Under the pieces are notes generated by a model. That model had not been told where the DNA came from. It saw only the letters and a list, made by a program, of their open reading frames with translations, and searched no databases. The translations under genes were made by a program, and so were the position numbers. A stretch of DNA of 64,000 bases from a virus (taxonomy: Duplodnaviria; Heunggongvirae; Uroviricota; Caudoviricetes). Positions 63,401 to 64,000 of this stretch are shown one piece after another. The stretch covers positions 69,673 to 133,672 of the IMG/VR virus record IMGVR_UViG_3300042295_001370. One strand, written 5' to 3'. Every line of letters begins with the position of its first letter. Position 1 is the stretch's first letter.

Positions 63401-64000
63401 CAGCAGAATACCAGTGGCACATTTAACATAGCACTGGGTATTGGTGCGCTGACTGCAAACACCGCTGGAATATGTAACATAGCAATTGGCCAACTCGCTG
63501 GAAGTCTGATCACAACTGGGTTCAACAACACAATAATTGGCAATTTGTCACCAGCAGCCGGCAGTGTATGTTGTGTGCTGATTGCTGCTGGCAGTTGTCA
63601 GCGACTGGCTATAGATGTGAATGGATTTGCTATAAACGGCAGCGGTGTGGGCTGTTGCGGATATGCGTGTTTGGACTGCACTAGCAGTTATAAAATAGGC
63701 ACATTCAATACCAGCAGCACTGGGACATTTAACATGGCATTTGGCCAAGGTGCGCTTTGTTGTAACCGAAATGGTTGTAGCAATACAGCTATCGGTGCGT
63801 CTGCTCTACGATGCAATACTAGCGGGTGTCACAATATTGCAGTTGGTTGTTTAGCACTCCAACTTAACCTAACTGGTAACAATAACATAGGCATGGGCTT
63901 TGATGCCCTTGGCACCCTTGGCACTACCTCTGGTGGCAGTGACAACATTGCATTGGGGGCATGTGCTCTAAGGAACAATCAGACCAATTCAAACATAGCA
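60473..64000 (+). CDS. repetitive Cys/Asn/Thr/Gly-rich fibre- or adhesin-like protein (partial; continues beyond the window)
   Basis: The frame is open from ATG 60473 to the edge (>1175 codons). It is absent from the ORF track because it has no in-window stop. It shows an 11-residue periodicity (N-T-[TA]-G-x-x-N-[IVT]-A-[VLIF]-G-x-x-[AS]-L) reminiscent of Hep_Hag/YadA-head-like beta-roll repeats, and three copies of a large module ending ...LIGAGTTERLRVDANCLVVNNGTGDVCARCFFGCGAGLTG. Confidence 0.6.
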   Translation, partial: MAIKICGNIVIPNSTGCNTTALNTAVGINALCNLNTGVSNTAFGGGALLAVSTGSLNMGLGVYAGGSITTGCANTVIGQLAGTPGLVDTVLIGAGTTERLRVDANCLVVNNGTGDVCARCFFGCGAGLTGISGGAVSAATPIQLGTVYGLTSNNSNTAIGYCAGSTTSTGTENIAIGCLALSNNTTGVQNTAVGVDALKSNTIGQENTALGSDALFSNTTGNWNVAVGRCALYANTVGQMNVAVGRNSLCTNTTGSFNAAFGEATLLCNTTGSYNTALGTSALRCNTQGNLNIAVGNNSLFNNTSGSRNIAVGDCALFNSVSGSDNVAVGSSALGGLTNGLWNIAVGSNALRCNTTGCNNIALGFSSMCSSSVGSDNAAFGSFALSANTTGTLNTAIGHYASCANTIGACNIALGACSLAANTSGGSNVAVGPFALASNTVGVRNIAMGRCALAANTGNCNIGIGVLSLLNTTTGACNIAIGNSSGGNITTGTSNTIIGNLSGCAGLTATVLIGAGATERIRVDANCLVVNNGTGDVCARCFFGCGAGLTGISGGSVSAATPTSLGTVYANTPVGSNVQLGYNAGNTTATGADNIAVGCLALVNNGFGCQNLAFGSSSMCASTTGRSNIAIGIDTMMLGGGPCGNIGVGNGALCCVSGTQGTANVALGHFALRRTTTGGYNTAVGEQVLQNNTIGCQNIGFGAFALGANTSGFNNIGIGAYAVDANTTGVENVGIGTCSLTANTIGLCNTAVGGNSLKSNTIGCFNTALGFMALNCNTTGNSNIGIGVCAGFSITTGCSNTVIGNLAGTADCVNTVLIGAGTNERLRVDANCLVVNNGTGDVCARCYFGCGAALTGVAATTANLDIYASYKVGNGLTVSTGTNNFAFGQGALCCNRNGCSNTAIGASALRCNTTGSNNIAVGCLALQFNTSGNNNIGMGFDALGTNFNGSDNIALGACALRNNITNSNIAIGGAALQQNTSGTFNIALGIGALTANTAGICNIAIGQLAGSLITTGFNNTIIGNLSPAAGSVCCVLIAAGSCQRLAIDVNGFAINGSGVGCCGYACLDCTSSYKIGTFNTSSTGTFNMAFGQGALCCNRNGCSNTAIGASALRCNTSGCHNIAVGCLALQLNLTGNNNIGMGFDALGTLGTTSGGSDNIALGACALRNNQTNSNIA
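60773..60866 (+). repeat. intragenic direct repeat, copy 1 of 3 (~94 bp, encodes RVDANCLVVNNGTGDVCARCFFGCGAGLTGI)
   Basis: About 95 % identical to 62046-62138. Copy 3 at 62952-63043 is more diverged. Confidence 0.7.
62046..62138 (+). repeat. intragenic direct repeat, copy 2 of 3
   Basis: See copy 1. Confidence 0.7.
62952..63043 (+). repeat. intragenic direct repeat, copy 3 of 3 (diverged)
   Basis: agagttgacgcaaactgtttggttgtcaacaacggcacaggggacgtgtgtgcaagatgttattttggttgcggcgctgctttaacaggtgtt. Confidence 0.6.
63131..63382 (+). repeat. ~250-bp near-identical intragenic direct repeat, copy 1
   Basis: About 95 % identical to 63741-64000, differing by a 9-nt indel and a few substitutions. Encodes FGQGALCCNRNGCSNTAIGASALRCNT... 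Confidence 0.75.
63741..64000 (+). repeat. ~250-bp near-identical intragenic direct repeat, copy 2 (truncated by the window end)
   Basis: See copy 1. The two copies start about 610 bp apart. Confidence 0.75.

Noticed and set aside
60343-63748. Six minus-strand ORFs (100-163 aa, Pro/Ala/Leu/Val-rich) listed by the ORF track across 60.3-63.7 kb
   Set aside because: They are antisense to the long open plus-strand frame of the repetitive fibre gene. Their translations are low-complexity mirror images of the NT[TA]G-rich coding repeats and have no start or ribosome-binding context. The plus frame is open for >3.5 kb and was omitted from the track only because it lacks an in-window stop.
60773-64000. 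Near-identical direct repeats of 94 bp (x3) and 250 bp (x2) that might suggest a CRISPR array or tandem satellite
   Set aside because: The repeats are 0.6-1.3 kb apart with no short unique spacers between them, and they are in frame within one coding sequence (they encode repeated protein modules). This is a modular protein gene, not CRISPR.

Overview
This 64-kb window looks like part of a large, AT-rich (about 40-45 % GC) tailed-phage genome with T4-like organisation. From 314 to 18768 the plus strand carries a late structural module: a gp25-like baseplate wedge gene, a gp6/baseplate-J-like gene, a single 4017-aa giant structural ORF, a small structural gene, and a tail-fibre gene with a collagen-like Pro-rich stretch and a C-terminal intramolecular-chaperone (peptidase S74) domain. 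From 18765 to about 57860 almost everything is on the minus strand. This is an accessory region packed with small genes. Many of them are preceded by near-consensus sigma70-type promoters (GTTGACA, 16-17 bp spacer, TAtAnT). Recognisable genes there are thyX, three HNH endonucleases (one an HNH-NUMOD3 homing endonuclease inserted on the opposite strand) and an RNA-repair/translation-related set: a Pnkp-like kinase-phosphatase, an Rnl1-like ligase, an Rnl2-like ligase with an N-terminal tRNA-binding OB domain, a PTH2 peptidyl-tRNA hydrolase, a Pol-beta-type nucleotidyltransferase, a DEDDh exonuclease and a protein with a ribosomal bL12 C-terminal-domain-like segment. The same region also holds a BCS1-like AAA+ ATPase, a class II aldolase, an SPFH/prohibitin protein, a Nudix hydrolase, a GT25 glycosyltransferase and a metallopeptidase-vWA protein. 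A roughly 1.3-kb island of about 68 % GC carries an intact galE. The most unusual feature is a paralogous family of at least 20 small (60-110 aa) Trp-rich proteins ending in a conserved '...F-x-L-T-W' motif (called the LTW family below), scattered in tandem arrays across 25-52 kb. One member appears to have been truncated by the galE insertion. The right end (60473 to the window edge) is a partial, very repetitive, Cys- and Asn/Thr/Gly-rich fibre/adhesin-like gene with near-identical internal DNA repeats. The supplied ORF track omits both edge-truncated ORFs (1..258 minus and 60473..64000 plus). It also accepts TTG/GTG as starts and so often extends ORFs upstream across their own promoters; several start coordinates below are therefore corrected by hand from the sequence. 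No rRNA, tRNA or CRISPR was found by eye.
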